Shown here: positions 30,929 to 50,253 of the stretch, in pieces | Position numbering within the stretch: position 1 is the stretch's first letter | Layout of the letters: each line of letters opens with the position of its first letter | Source: Acidobacteriota bacterium | GTDB taxonomy: Bacteria > Acidobacteriota > JAAYUB01 | Direction: 5' to 3' | Assembly (NCBI GenBank): GCA_018001935.1 | Contig: JAGNHB010000017.1 | Span: 784 to 64,783, forward strand | DNA length: 64,000 nucleotides | Program-made: the position numbers and the translations under genes | Notes under the pieces: model-generated | What the model saw: only the letters and a program-made list of their open reading frames with translations | What the model was told of the DNA's origin: nothing | The model's database searches: none

Positions 30929-33073
30929 TCACTTCGCCGGCGGGATGATGGGGGCCGGCATCGTGGGCTTGACCGGGGCCGGTTTCGGGGCCGGGGTCAC
31001 CACCGGGGCCGTGGACGGCGCGCCGGCGGGCGCGGCCGGCTTCGCGGCGATCTTGTCGGTCAGGAACGCCGAGAGGAGCCCGCCCAGGTTGTCGCCGCCC
31101 TGCACCAGGAAGTCGGGCGTCACCTTGATGTTGCCCATGGCGATCTGCTTGGCGATCTCGATGGCCGTGACGCCCTGGGCGCCCACGGCCTTGTTCTGCA
31201 GCTCGTAGGCCTTGGCGGTGGACTCGCCGATGGCCAGGATCTTGGCGCCCTCGGCCTCGCCCTTGGCCCGGATGCCGGCGGCCTCGCCCTGGGCTCTCAG
31301 CTTGATGCCCTCGGCGTCGCCCTCGGCGGTGCGGATGACCTTCTGCTTCATCTGCTCGGCGATCTTGACGCCGATCTCGGCCTCCACCAGGTTCTTCTGC
31401 TGGTCGGCCTCGGCCCGGGTCTTCTCGGTGGCGATGCGGGTCTGCTCGGCCTTCTGCATCTCCTGGTACATGGCCAGCTGCTGCTGGGCGATGATCTTCT
31501 TGGTCTGGGTGTCCATGAGTTCCTGGGGCAGCTTGATCTGGCAGATCAGGACGGAGACGCACTCCACGTGGTAGCGCTCCAGCTCGGCCCTCGCCCGTTC
31601 CTCTGCCTTCTTCTGCTCCTCCTGGCGGTCCTGGAGGAAGTTCATGGCGGAGGTGGAGGAAGACTGGTTGCGGAAGGAGGAGTCGATCATGGGGTGGATG
31701 ACGTGCATGATGAGGTTCTGGATGGAGCCGATCTTGGCCACCATGTAGGGGGCCTGGTCCGGCCGCACCCGGACGATGACCTTGACGGAGACGTGGATTT
31801 CGAACCCGTCCCGGGAGACGATCCGCAGGGGGTCGAAATTGGTCTGCTTGGAGTCGTCCCAGTCCACGGAGATGTTGGTGGTGTCCACGATGTAGACGAT
31901 GTAGGCCCGCCGGTTCAGGTAGTAGATGCCGGGCCCGGCCACCTCCTGCTGGATGCCCCGGAAGCCCTTGGGCACCACGTAGCGCTCGATCCCGAGGTTC
32001 AGGCGCTCCTCCAGCGGCTGGGCGGTGCCCGCCGCCCCCCCCGATTCCCGCCGGGCCACGGCGTCGACCAACTCCTTCACCTGGTGGGGCTCCTCGCCCA
32101 CGTTGGAGACCACCACGGCCACCTGGCCGCGCTCCACCACCGCCACGTCGTCCATCTCCACGTGGAACATGAGGGTGTTCACGTAATAAGTGCCCGGCTT
32201 GAGGACGTCGAACTGCGGACCGCGTTGTCCCCCGGCAGCCAGGAACCTCGAGGCGTCCTGGTAGTCCGCATGCCCCTGCACGGCCTTGGCCACGTACTCC
32301 TTTTCGGGGAGGGGTTCCCCGTCCAGCGCCGTCACGAGGCCGATCTTGTTGGGCGGGATGATGGTGGCCGCGCGGATGTCCACCCGGAAGAGGTCCGTGT
32401 TGACCCGGTAGGTCCCGGGAAGGAGCACCTCGATCTGGGGCCCTTTCTGCCCCCCGTTCTCCAGGAAGGCCTCGCCGTTCTCGAAGGTGTTGTGCCCCGT
32501 GACCTTGTGGGCCAGCAGGCGGCCGGCGGGGATCGGGACCCCGTCCGTGGCGGTCACCAGGCCGACGAAGCCCTTGTCGATGCTGATCGCCGGCACCTTG
32601 CGCACGATGAAGAGGGCGGGGTTGATGCGGTAGTTCCCGGGGGGCAGGATCTCGATCTGGGGCCCCTTCTGGCCGCCGTTGGTCAGGAAGGCCTCGCCGT
32701 CCTGGAAGGCGTTGTGTCCCGGCGCCACCCGGGCGAAGATGCGCCCCGGCGGGATGGGGTCGCCATCGATGGACTCCACCAGGCCCACCTCGCTCTCCTC
32801 GATGACGGTGAAGGGGCGCTTGCGGGCCTTGTAGAGGAACGGGATCACGAAGTGGAGGCCGGGCCCCAGGGTCCTCGCCTGGATGCCGACCTCGTCGGCC
32901 ATGGCCATGACGCGCCCCTGGGGCATGTTCCGGCCCAGGTACTTGCGCTCCAGGATGGCGATCTCCGTCCCGCCCACCACCACGATCGCCTTGACGACGA
33001 CGATGAGGAACAGGAGCAATCCGCCCAGGGCCCAGTAGATCATGTGCGGGTTCGCGGCGAAGTATTCCGGCAT
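30929..33073 (-). CDS. Flotillin-like SPFH/band-7 protein with three ~75-aa N-terminal internal repeats
   Basis: N-terminal TM, then three repeats of (D/N)G-PIP-GR... NGG(Q/E)KGPQIE. The C-terminus is a flotillin coiled coil with an Ala/Pro-rich tail. RBS GGAGG before ATG at 33073. Confidence 0.8.
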   Translation of the reverse strand: MPEYFAANPHMIYWALGGLLLFLIVVVKAIVVVGGTEIAILERKYLGRNMPQGRVMAMADEVGIQARTLGPGLHFVIPFLYKARKRPFTVIEESEVGLVESIDGDPIPPGRIFARVAPGHNAFQDGEAFLTNGGQKGPQIEILPPGNYRINPALFIVRKVPAISIDKGFVGLVTATDGVPIPAGRLLAHKVTGHNTFENGEAFLENGGQKGPQIEVLLPGTYRVNTDLFRVDIRAATIIPPNKIGLVTALDGEPLPEKEYVAKAVQGHADYQDASRFLAAGGQRGPQFDVLKPGTYYVNTLMFHVEMDDVAVVERGQVAVVVSNVGEEPHQVKELVDAVARRESGGAAGTAQPLEERLNLGIERYVVPKGFRGIQQEVAGPGIYYLNRRAYIVYIVDTTNISVDWDDSKQTNFDPLRIVSRDGFEIHVSVKVIVRVRPDQAPYMVAKIGSIQNLIMHVIHPMIDSSFRNQSSSTSAMNFLQDRQEEQKKAEERARAELERYHVECVSVLICQIKLPQELMDTQTKKIIAQQQLAMYQEMQKAEQTRIATEKTRAEADQQKNLVEAEIGVKIAEQMKQKVIRTAEGDAEGIKLRAQGEAAGIRAKGEAEGAKILAIGESTAKAYELQNKAVGAQGVTAIEIAKQIAMGNIKVTPDFLVQGGDNLGGLLSAFLTDKIAAKPAAPAGAPSTAPVVTPAPKPAPVKPTMPAPIIPPAK

Positions 33074-33480
33074 GGGGTGCCTCCTTCGGGGGAAAACTGG
33101 TGTCATTTTATCCCACAAGAAAGAACCCCGCAAGGGGTACCCCTTGAAGACGCGCTGAATTCGGCGGAGAGGGGCGGGGGCGGAAAGGTTTTGGGCGCAC
33201 GGCTTCCCGGGGCGGCGCCGCGGACGCCCGTCACGGTTCCCGAGACGCTTGTGTATCGCCGGCGTCCGCGGCTTGCCCCGGGCTGAAACGCCTTTCCCCT
33301 TCGGGGAAAGAGGGCGGGGGGGGCACAAATCAAATTGGGAGAGGACGTTCGTGGAACCTAACCGGGTTCGAGAACCTGTTGGTCAAGCCGCAGCCGGTGA
33401 AGCGGCGAAAAACCTGGCGATGGGGACAGCGATAGCAGCGATGGCGATACCGATACCGATACCAATACCGAAGTGAGGAG

Positions 33481-34194
33481 TCAGAACAGGGGAACCGGCC
33501 GGAAGCCCACGGCGTCGGCGCTGGCCAGGACGTAACGGACCCCGTCCCTGGGGCCCTGGAACGCCCCGGCGATGGACGGGCCGTGGAGGTGCCCGTAGAC
33601 GCAGACGGCCCCCGGCCACTTCCGGATCTGTTCCGAGAACCCGCTGGGCTCGAAACGGTCGTTCCAGGGGGGGTAGTGCAGCGCGATGACCAGCCGCTTC
33701 CACGAGACCTTCCCGAGGCCGGCCAGCGAGGCCTCCAGGCGGAGGACCTCCCGCCGGTAGATCTTCTCGTCCCCGGCGGTGAACCCCTCGCGCTCGCCGC
33801 CCTCCGGGGGCTCCGTCCCGGGGCAGGTCCAGGCGCGGGTCCCCGCCACCGCCACGTCCCCGACCACCACCGGCGCCCCCTGCAGAAGGGCGGTGGAAGG
33901 CCCCAGGACCGCCCGGATCTTCGACGCGGACTCCCACCAGTAGTCGTGGTTGCCCTTGAGCAGGACCTTCCGGCCCGGCAGGGACTCGACCCAGGCGAGG
34001 TCGGGGAGGGCGTCGGCCAGGCGCATGGCCCAGGAGATGTCCCCGGGGACCACCACCAGGTCGTCGGGGCCGACGACGGAGCGCCAGTTCTCCGCCATCA
34101 CGCGGGCGTGGTCGCGCCAGGCCTCCCCGAAGATGTCCATGGGCTTGGGGTCCGAAAACGACAGGTGCAGGTCGCCGAGGGCAAAGACGTTCAT
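33481..34194 (-). CDS. Calcineurin-like metallophosphoesterase
   Basis: MNVFALGDLHLSF, GDISW, GNHDYW and HYPPW motifs. Confidence 0.75.
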   Translation of the reverse strand: MNVFALGDLHLSFSDPKPMDIFGEAWRDHARVMAENWRSVVGPDDLVVVPGDISWAMRLADALPDLAWVESLPGRKVLLKGNHDYWWESASKIRAVLGPSTALLQGAPVVVGDVAVAGTRAWTCPGTEPPEGGEREGFTAGDEKIYRREVLRLEASLAGLGKVSWKRLVIALHYPPWNDRFEPSGFSEQIRKWPGAVCVYGHLHGPSIAGAFQGPRDGVRYVLASADAVGFRPVPLF

Positions 34195-34395
34195 GCGCAG
34201 CTCCCGGGCGGCGGAAAACGGCCGGCCCGGGGCATCATACCAGACGGGGGCCGCGGGGAACAGGGGGGTGTTGGGTGAACGAACTGACCGGCTCCCGCCG
34301 GCCGCGAAAACGAGCCGGGGCCCTGGCGGAAAACGGAAAAATCTTGGAAGGAGGGGCGCTTTGTGTTGAAATAGCCGCACGGCGCCGGACGGCCC

Positions 34396-34830
34396 GTGAA
34401 CCCCTTGATCGAGGAGCCCGCCATGACGGCCCTGCAGCTCGTGGCATCCATCGCCAACCTGCTTGCCCTCTTCATGATCCTCTCCTTCCTCCGACGGGAG
34501 CGGCTCAAGGAGAAATACTCGCTGCTGTGGCTCCTGTGCATCGTCGTCGCCGAGGTCCTCATCCTCTCCTATCACTGGATCGACCGCTTCGCCGCGTGGA
34601 TGGGCGTCTTCTACCCGCCGTCCCTGATCTTCTTCCTGGCCATCCTGTTCCTCTTCGTCATGGTGCTCCACCTGACCCTGGTGGTCTCGAAACAGAACAA
34701 GCAGATCCAGATCCTGGCCCAGCAACTCGCGCTCCTGGAGGCGCGGGTGTCGCCCGGGACGCCGCCTTCGATCACGGGGGACCCAAAGGACATAGAGGAC
34801 CTGCGCTCTTCCCGGGACGTCGCCCGGTAA
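34396..34830 (+). CDS. Small membrane protein (DUF2304-like, 2-3 TM)
   Basis: 144-aa ORF with hydrophobic helices and GC3 consistent with coding. The start is uncertain. Confidence 0.4.
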   Translation: MNPLIEEPAMTALQLVASIANLLALFMILSFLRRERLKEKYSLLWLLCIVVAEVLILSYHWIDRFAAWMGVFYPPSLIFFLAILFLFVMVLHLTLVVSKQNKQIQILAQQLALLEARVSPGTPPSITGDPKDIEDLRSSRDVAR

Positions 34831-34851
34831 CCGTGGTCTCGAAAGGCAACC

Positions 34852-35180
34852 GGGATCGTACCCGCCGCGTCATCACCCCGTGTGGGGCGTGCCTGCCGCG
34901 TCCCCACCCCGCCGGGATCGTACCCGCCGCGTCTTCACCCCGTCAGGATCGTACCCGCCGCGCCCTCGCCCCGCCGGGATCGTACCCGCCGCGTCTTCAC
35001 CCCGTCAGGATCGTACCCGCCGCGCCCTCGCCCCGCCGGGATCATGCCCTCTGCGCCTTCACCCCGTTAGGGGTGAAATGTTTGTAGAAAAGGCAGTTAT
35101 AGAGATTGTTTTCCCCCGCGCGCCGCCGGTCCGGGAGGGTGCTCCGGAGCACGGTTTACCCCCGGCGGCGCGCGGGGGAA
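34852..35180. repeat. Composite repeat copy C (inverted relative to copy B): ~6 alternating 31-bp tandem units, TIR caccccgttaggggtgaaatgtttgtagaa, GC palindrome
   Basis: Units of gatcgtacccgccgcgtcttcaccccgtcag alternate with gatcgtacccgccgcgccctcgccccgccgg. The array ends in the TIR and the cccccgcgcgccgccgg hairpin. Confidence 0.7.
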
Positions 35181-35678
35181 ACGATTTCCGGCACCCCTCC
35201 GGGGTGCGGCGGGTTTATGGGGCTCCGACCGGTGGGAGTTCGCCTCTCCAGGGGAACTACGGTATCGGTATCGGTATCGCTCTCGGTCTCGCTATCGCCC
35301 TCGCCCTCGCTCTCCCCCTTTCTCCCCGGCCCGATCAGTCGGAAAGACGGCGCTCCGGCGACCTGCGCGCCTTGCTCCTGGGGTTTGTCAAAAAGCGGCG
35401 CTCCGTCAGACCTCCGCGCCGCACTCCCCAGGACACCCCCACCGTCACTCCGGCGGCCTGCGCGCCGCACTCCCCATCGGTCCATTCAGATTCAACTGGC
35501 GGGGTTCGGGCATGCGCCAGGTGGGGGCGTTCTTCATCCCCGCCAGGGGATGAATCTGTGTAGAACCGGCGGGGGTTTCGGTCTGTTCCCGTCCCGCACC
35601 CAACGGGAAGGGTGAGCGCCCCCATAAAAAAACCGGCGCCACGGGGCGCCGGTTCGGGATTCAACGCGTTGGGGACGA

Positions 35679-39920
<4,242 letters not shown>

Positions 39921-39946
39921 GGGAATTCTCCTTTATCGGGAAGTCG

Positions 39947-44212
<4,266 letters not shown>

Positions 44213-44422
44213 GGTGTCCTATCTCCCAGAAAAAATTGTCGGAGGGGCAATATGGGGTCGGTCGGGGGCGGGCCCCGGCAAGCTGCGGACGAACCTTTGT
44301 CAGATCCCGAATACGCTCGGACAAGGTTTCCTTTTCAAGCCTCGGAAAAGACTCAAGAATGAACGGAATGAAAGGGAGACGCCTCCCTTTCATTCCCAAA
44401 ATGAACGGATGGTTGCGGTTTG

Positions 44423-44812
44423 CTACTTGATGGTGACCTTCGCGCCAACTTCCTCGAATTTCTTCCGGATGCTCTCGGCCTCTTCCTTCTGAACGGCTTC
44501 CTTGATCGGCTTGGGAGCGCTCTCGACCAGGTCCTTGGCCTCTTTCAGGCCGAGGTTGGTGACCTCGCGGACGACCTTGATCACCTTGATCTTCTCGGCG
44601 CCCACGTCGGACAGGATGACGTCGAACTCGGTCTTCTCTTCGACCGGGGCGGCAGCGGCGGCGGCGGCACCCGGCATCGCGCCCATCATCATGGGGGCGG
44701 CGGCGGCGGCGGAAACCCCGAACTTCGTTTCAATGTCTTTCACGAGTGCGGAAATCTCCATCATGGAAGCTTGCTCGATCCAGCTCAGGACCTCTTCTCT
44801 GCTGATAGCCAT
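44423..44812 (-). CDS. rplL: 50S ribosomal protein L7/L12
   Basis: 129 aa with an Ala-rich hinge. The C-terminal domain has [22 protein letters not shown]. Confidence 0.9.
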   Translation of the reverse strand: MAISREEVLSWIEQASMMEISALVKDIETKFGVSAAAAAPMMMGAMPGAAAAAAAPVEEKTEFDVILSDVGAEKIKVIKVVREVTNLGLKEAKDLVESAPKPIKEAVQKEEAESIRKKFEEVGAKVTIK

Positions 44813-44839
44813 TATACGATACCTCCAGTATTTTTTTAT

Positions 44840-45373
44840 CTAGTTCGAGTCGGGCGCGGCACAGGATTCCTTCTTGACCTCTTTCATGACCAGGCACAGA
44901 TCGCGCAGCGGGGCCTGGAGAACACGCGCCAGCGACGTGATGGGATGATTCAGCAGGAACATCAACTGGGAGATCAATTGGGGCTTGCTGGGCATGGACG
45001 CCACGGCGTCCAGGTCTTCGCCCTTATATACTTTCCCATCCACCAGGATGGACTTGTAGGTGAATGCCTTGTTGTCCTTGGAGAAGTCCTTGAAGATCTT
45101 GGCCAGGGTGATGGGGTCGGCCTCGCAGTAAGCGATGGCGGTGCTTCCCTGGAAGTTGGGGACCAGTTGTTCCATGGGGGTGTCCTTGGCGGCGATGCGC
45201 GCCAGGGTGTTCTTCACCACCCGGTAGGTGCAGTTGGCGTCGCGGAGCTTGCGCCGGAGCGCGGCCGAATCGTTGGCCTTGAGCTTGGAGAAGCTGAAGA
45301 CCACGGCGTTCGCGTTCTGGGCGAAAATGCTGTGGAGCTGGTCTTTCAGTGTTTCTTTCTCGGTGCGTTTCAC
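44840..45373 (-). CDS. rplJ: 50S ribosomal protein L10
   Basis: 177 aa, L10 family, in the conserved position between rplA and rplL. Confidence 0.9.
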   Translation of the reverse strand: MKRTEKETLKDQLHSIFAQNANAVVFSFSKLKANDSAALRRKLRDANCTYRVVKNTLARIAAKDTPMEQLVPNFQGSTAIAYCEADPITLAKIFKDFSKDNKAFTYKSILVDGKVYKGEDLDAVASMPSKPQLISQLMFLLNHPITSLARVLQAPLRDLCLVMKEVKKESCAAPDSN

Positions 45374-45375
45374 GG

Positions 45376-46089
45376 CTATTTCCTCCCGATTTTATCAATG
45401 GACGCCAGGGAGATGGGAACGCCGGGCCCCATGGTGGATGCGGCGTAAACGCTGCGAATGTAGCGGCCCTTGGCGGTGGCCGGCTTGGCCCGGACGATGG
45501 CCTCGATGAGGGCGAGGGCGTTCGCCTCGAGCTTGTCCAGTTCGAAGGAGATCTTCCCGACCGGGGCGTGGACGATCCCGGTCTTGTCGACGCGGAACTC
45601 GACCTTGCCGGCCTTGATCTCCGTGACGGCCCTGGCCACCTCGGTGGTCACCGTACCGGTCTTCGGGTTGGGCATCAGGCCCCGGGGCCCCAGCACTTTC
45701 CCGAGTTTGCCGACGAACTTCATCATGTCGGGGGTCGCGATGAGAGCATCGAAATCCAGGTAACCCTTGGAGATCCGATCGACCAGGTCCTCGCCGCCGA
45801 CCTCGTCGGCCCCGGCGTCCTGGGCGTCCTTCAGCTTGTCGGCGGACGTGATGACCGCCACCTTCTTGGTCTTCCCGAGGCCGTTGGGCAGAACCACCGT
45901 CCCGCGGACCATCTGGTCGGCGTGCTTCGGGTTGACGCCCAGCCGGAGGGAGAGTTCCAGGGTCTCGTCGAACTTCGCGAAGGCGATGGACTTGATCAGG
46001 CCGAGGGCTTCGTTGATCTCGTATTCCCGCGCTTCGATCCGCTTGCTCGCATTGTTGTATTTTTTTCCATGTCTGGCCACGGATCTCAC
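45376..46089 (-). CDS. rplA: 50S ribosomal protein L1
   Basis: 237 aa, [10 protein letters not shown] motif. Confidence 0.9.
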   Translation of the reverse strand: MRSVARHGKKYNNASKRIEAREYEINEALGLIKSIAFAKFDETLELSLRLGVNPKHADQMVRGTVVLPNGLGKTKKVAVITSADKLKDAQDAGADEVGGEDLVDRISKGYLDFDALIATPDMMKFVGKLGKVLGPRGLMPNPKTGTVTTEVARAVTEIKAGKVEFRVDKTGIVHAPVGKISFELDKLEANALALIEAIVRAKPATAKGRYIRSVYAASTMGPGVPISLASIDKIGRK

Positions 46090-46091
46090 CT

Positions 46092-46517
46092 CTACTGAAT
46101 GATTTCGATTCCCATGCTGCGGGCGGTGCCCATGACGATCTTGACGGCGGCGTCAAGGTCGTAGCAGTTCAGGTCGGGCAGCTTGATCTTGGCGATGTCC
46201 CGAACCTGGTCCATGCTCAGCTTGGCGACCTTGTTCTTGTTCGGCTCGGCGGACCCCTTCGCCAGCTTGGCGGCCTGCTTGAGAAGGACGGCGGCGGGAG
46301 GGGTCTTCAGGACGAAGGTGTAGGACTTGTCCTGGTAGACCGTGATCACCACGGGGATGATCAGCCCGGAATCCTTCTGGGTCTTGGCGTTGTAATTCTT
46401 GCAGAAGTCCATGATGTTGACCCCGTGCTGCCCGAGGGCGGGCCCGACCGGGGGCGCCGGGGTCGCCTGCCCGGCGGGTATCTGCAATTTGACCTGTGCT
46501 ACAACCTTCTTGGCCAT
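46092..46517 (-). CDS. rplK: 50S ribosomal protein L11
   Basis: 141 aa, [23 protein letters not shown]. Confidence 0.9.
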   Translation of the reverse strand: MAKKVVAQVKLQIPAGQATPAPPVGPALGQHGVNIMDFCKNYNAKTQKDSGLIIPVVITVYQDKSYTFVLKTPPAAVLLKQAAKLAKGSAEPNKNKVAKLSMDQVRDIAKIKLPDLNCYDLDAAVKIVMGTARSMGIEIIQ

Positions 46518-46526
46518 GGATGCTCC

Positions 46527-47060
46527 TTAAATTTTTTCCACCTGGAGAAAATCGAGTTCCACCGGGGTCTGTCGGCCGAAGATGGTGACCGAGACCTTGA
46601 GGGTGTTCTTCTCCTCGTTGACGTCGTCCACGACACCGACGAAGTTGGCGAAGGGACCGTCGGTGATCTTGACCGTTTCGCCCTTGTCGAACTTGAACTT
46701 CGGCCGGGGCTTCTCGGAGGAGACCACGATGGTGTTCATCAACTGGTTGACCTCGTCCTCGGTCAGGGCGGTGGGCTTGCCCCCGGAGCTGATGAACCCC
46801 GTCACGCGCGGGATGGACCGGATGAGGTGCCAGATCTCGTCGGACATCTCGATTTCCACCAGGACGTAGCCCGGGTAGACGATCCGCGACGTGACGACCT
46901 TCTTGCCGCTCTTCATCTCCACGAGGTCTTCCGTGGGGATGAGGATCTGGCCGACGACTTCCTCGCGGCCGGCCACCTGGATGCGGTTCATCAGGGTCTC
47001 GGCGACCCGGCGCTCGAAGCCGCTATACGTGTGAATGATGTACCACTTCTTGTCGCCCAT
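46527..47060 (-). CDS. nusG: Transcription termination/antitermination factor NusG
   Basis: The start [16 protein letters not shown] was chosen over the upstream track start. KOW motif at the C-terminus. Confidence 0.9.
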   Translation of the reverse strand: MGDKKWYIIHTYSGFERRVAETLMNRIQVAGREEVVGQILIPTEDLVEMKSGKKVVTSRIVYPGYVLVEIEMSDEIWHLIRSIPRVTGFISSGGKPTALTEDEVNQLMNTIVVSSEKPRPKFKFDKGETVKITDGPFANFVGVVDDVNEEKNTLKVSVTIFGRQTPVELDFLQVEKI

Positions 47061-47079
47061 CGCGTGTTCCGGATACCCG

Positions 47080-47301
47080 TCAGAATCGGTTGCGGACGAA
47101 CGTGACGCCGTACTCGATCGCCACGTCGACGGCAAAGAGGAAGAGACCGAAGAAGAAGGACGTCACGATCACCACCACCGTGGTGTTCATGACCTCGTTC
47201 TTGTCCGGCCAGGTCACCTTTTTCATCTCCGCCCGGGTGTCGCCGATGAAACCGCCGAACCGGGTGAAGATCGCTGCTGTCTTTTGAACGAGAGCTTTCA
47301 C
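47080..47301 (-). CDS. secE: Preprotein translocase subunit SecE (GTG start)
   Basis: KKVTWPDKNEV plus a single TM helix. The GTG start is preceded by AAGGAAGGG. The track ORF runs into tRNA-Trp, so it was trimmed. Confidence 0.75.
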   Translation of the reverse strand: MKALVQKTAAIFTRFGGFIGDTRAEMKKVTWPDKNEVMNTTVVVIVTSFFFGLFLFAVDVAIEYGVTFVRNRF

Positions 47302-47321
47302 GGGCCCTTCCTTGGTAAAAA

Positions 47322-47398
47322 TGGCAGGCCAGGAGGGACTCGAACCCCCAACATCCGGTTTTGGAGACCGGCGCTCTACCAATTCGAGCTACTGGCCT
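47322..47398 (-). tRNA. tRNA-Trp (CCA anticodon), CCA end encoded
   Basis: Reverse complement: AGGCCAGTAGCTCGAATTGGTAGAGCGCCGGTCTCCAAAACCGGATGTTGGGGGTTCGAGTCCCTCCTGGCCTGCCA. It folds as a cloverleaf. Confidence 0.85.
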
Positions 47399-47410
47399 GC
47401 TCGGGGTACG

Positions 47411-47560
47411 CTACTTGGTTTCCTTGTGCGGCGTGTGCTTCCGGCAGAACTTGCAATACTTGCTCAGGAGATACTTCTCCGTGTGCTTCTTCTTGTTCCG
47501 CGTGGTGGCGTAGTTGCGGTTCTTGCACTCGCCGCACTGCAACTGGACTTTATCGCGCAT
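47411..47560 (-). CDS. rpmG: 50S ribosomal protein L33
   Basis: 49 aa, [49 protein letters not shown]. Not present in the ORF track. Confidence 0.8.
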   Translation of the reverse strand: MRDKVQLQCGECKNRNYATTRNKKKHTEKYLLSKYCKFCRKHTPHKETK

Positions 47561-47589
47561 GTCGTTCTCCCCGGCCCGGAAGGACCGAG

Positions 47590-48780
<1,191 letters not shown>

Positions 48781-48821
48781 GATGGTATCCTCCAGTCTTC
48801 GTTTTTTTCATGCGGGAAAAG

Positions 48822-48896
48822 TGGAGCCCAAGACCAGGATTGAACTGGTGACCCCCTCCTTACCAAGGAGGTGCTCTACCACTGAGCTACTTGGGC
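48822..48896 (-). tRNA. tRNA-Thr (GGT)
   Basis: Reverse complement: GCCCAAGTAGCTCAGTGGTAGAGCACCTCCTTGGTAAGGAGG...CTTGGGCTCCA. Confidence 0.85.
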
Positions 48897-48921
48897 CCTG
48901 ACGCGTTCCATTGTCAAGGAG

Positions 48922-48997
48922 TGGAGCGGGAGACGGGATTCGAACCCGCGACCCTCAGCTTGGAAGGCTGACGCTCTACCAACTGAGCTACTCCCGC
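48922..48997 (-). tRNA. tRNA-Gly (TCC)
   Basis: Reverse complement: GCGGGAGTAGCTCAGTTGGTAGAGCGTCAGCCTTCCAAGCTGAGGGTCGCGGGTTCGAATCCCGTCTCCCGCTCCA. Confidence 0.85.
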
Positions 48998-49081
48998 GGT
49001 CAAAGTGCTCCAGGCTCGCCGCCGCCGAGGTCGCCGAGCTGTCGCTCTTCCTCGTGACGTCCGGTTTCGCCGGGAGAACTG

Positions 49082-49166
49082 GTGGAGAGGGGAGGATTCG
49101 AACCTCCGTAGGACCGAAGTCCGGCGGGTTTACAGCCCGCTGCCATTAGCCGCTCGACCACCTCTC
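49082..49166 (-). tRNA. tRNA-Tyr (GTA), long variable arm, CCA not encoded
   Basis: Reverse complement: GGAGAGGTGGTCGAGCGGCTAATGGCAGCGGGCTGTAAACCCGCC...GGTTCGAATCCTCCCCTCTCCA. Confidence 0.8.
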
Positions 49167-49196
49167 CATACCGTTGGTTCAAATAACAGGTTTCAA

Positions 49197-49269
49197 AAGC
49201 TGGCGAGAGGACTTGAACCCCCAACCCGCTGATTACAAATCAGCCGCTCTACCGGTTGAGCTACGCCAG
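49197..49269 (-). tRNA. tRNA-Thr (TGT)
   Basis: Reverse complement: GCTGGCGTAGCTCAACCGGTAGAGCGGCTGATTTGTAATCAGCGGGTTGGGGGTTCAAGTCCTCTCGCCAGCT. Confidence 0.8.
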
Positions 49270-49369
49270 CGCGCGAGCGGGGGAAGTTAGCACAACCGCG
49301 GCCAATCTGCAAGCGAAAACGCAAGGAAGTTTCCCCGGTGGAAATCCTCCGAGCGAATGATGAAGTTTA

Positions 49370-49774
49370 ATGATCCTTTCAAAAAAAGCAAGAAAAAAAA
49401 TCGACTGGGCGAAAAATTTTCGGCGCCCTTCCTCCCTCCCGGCCGTGCCGATTGCCTTCCGGTCTCCCTGGCGGACGTTGCGCCTTGGCGCGATCGGCGC
49501 GGTGTTCGCGCTTTACCAGCTTTTCTCGTGGTTGTTGTTCTACGCCCTGATCCTCCTTTCGTTCCGGAGTTCCAGTACGGACCCGGCCTCGGTTTTCATC
49601 CTCGGCGAACTGATGGCCATCGCGTTCGAAGCGCTTCTCTACCACGAGTACTTCCGGCGGAATTCATTGAAAAGGACGCTCCGCAAAAGCCTGCTGGTCA
49701 GCCTGCTCGGGAACCTCCTCTCGCTCTTGCTGGGCTTCGGCGCCGCTTGGATCCTGTCGCGATTGGGATATTGA
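49370..49774 (+). CDS. Hypothetical small membrane protein
   Basis: 134-aa ORF with three hydrophobic segments and high GC3. There is no recognisable motif, and the start is uncertain. Confidence 0.3.
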   Translation: MILSKKARKKIDWAKNFRRPSSLPAVPIAFRSPWRTLRLGAIGAVFALYQLFSWLLFYALILLSFRSSSTDPASVFILGELMAIAFEALLYHEYFRRNSLKRTLRKSLLVSLLGNLLSLLLGFGAAWILSRLGY

Positions 49775-50253
49775 CCCTGATCCCCGAGGCGATTCCTCGG
49801 AACACCGCAAACCGCACCCTCGATCTGTAGACGTCCTTCGTCGGAGCCGCGACCGTCAGGGAGCGGTAAGCGTTAAATTCCGACCGTTTGCTTCCGGCGC
49901 GGCCCCGATCCGTTTCAAACCCATTGGACGGCGCCCCTGTCCGCGAAGCAATGCCGCCGATGCGGCCGTTCTCGAATTCGGAGGTTTATCTTCACTCGGC
50001 AGAAAGGGTCCCGGGTTCTCCCCGCCGGGCATGGGAAAGACCATACCCCGGCAATTCTCCGGTAAAGATAATGTGCCGGAGTTCAACAGTGTGATATAAT
50101 CAAATTGCCATTTTTCTCTGCCAGACGTGACGGTCGGGACACGAAAAGTTCATCGGCTTCGACGCGCCTTCCGTCGGGAGTTCCTCCCCGGTTCCACCTG
50201 GTTGACGCGGGAAGAAGCATTCATGGCCCTCTCAACGGATGGGGAGGTTGAAC

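Noticed and set aside
33249-35563. ORFs encoding GIGIGI/PIPIPI peptides over the hexanucleotide repeats
   Set aside because: They are microsatellite translations, with opposite strands at the two loci and no start context.
47080-47382. 100-aa secE ORF as drawn in the track
   Set aside because: Its first 20 codons overlap tRNA-Trp. It was trimmed to a GTG start with an RBS at 47301.
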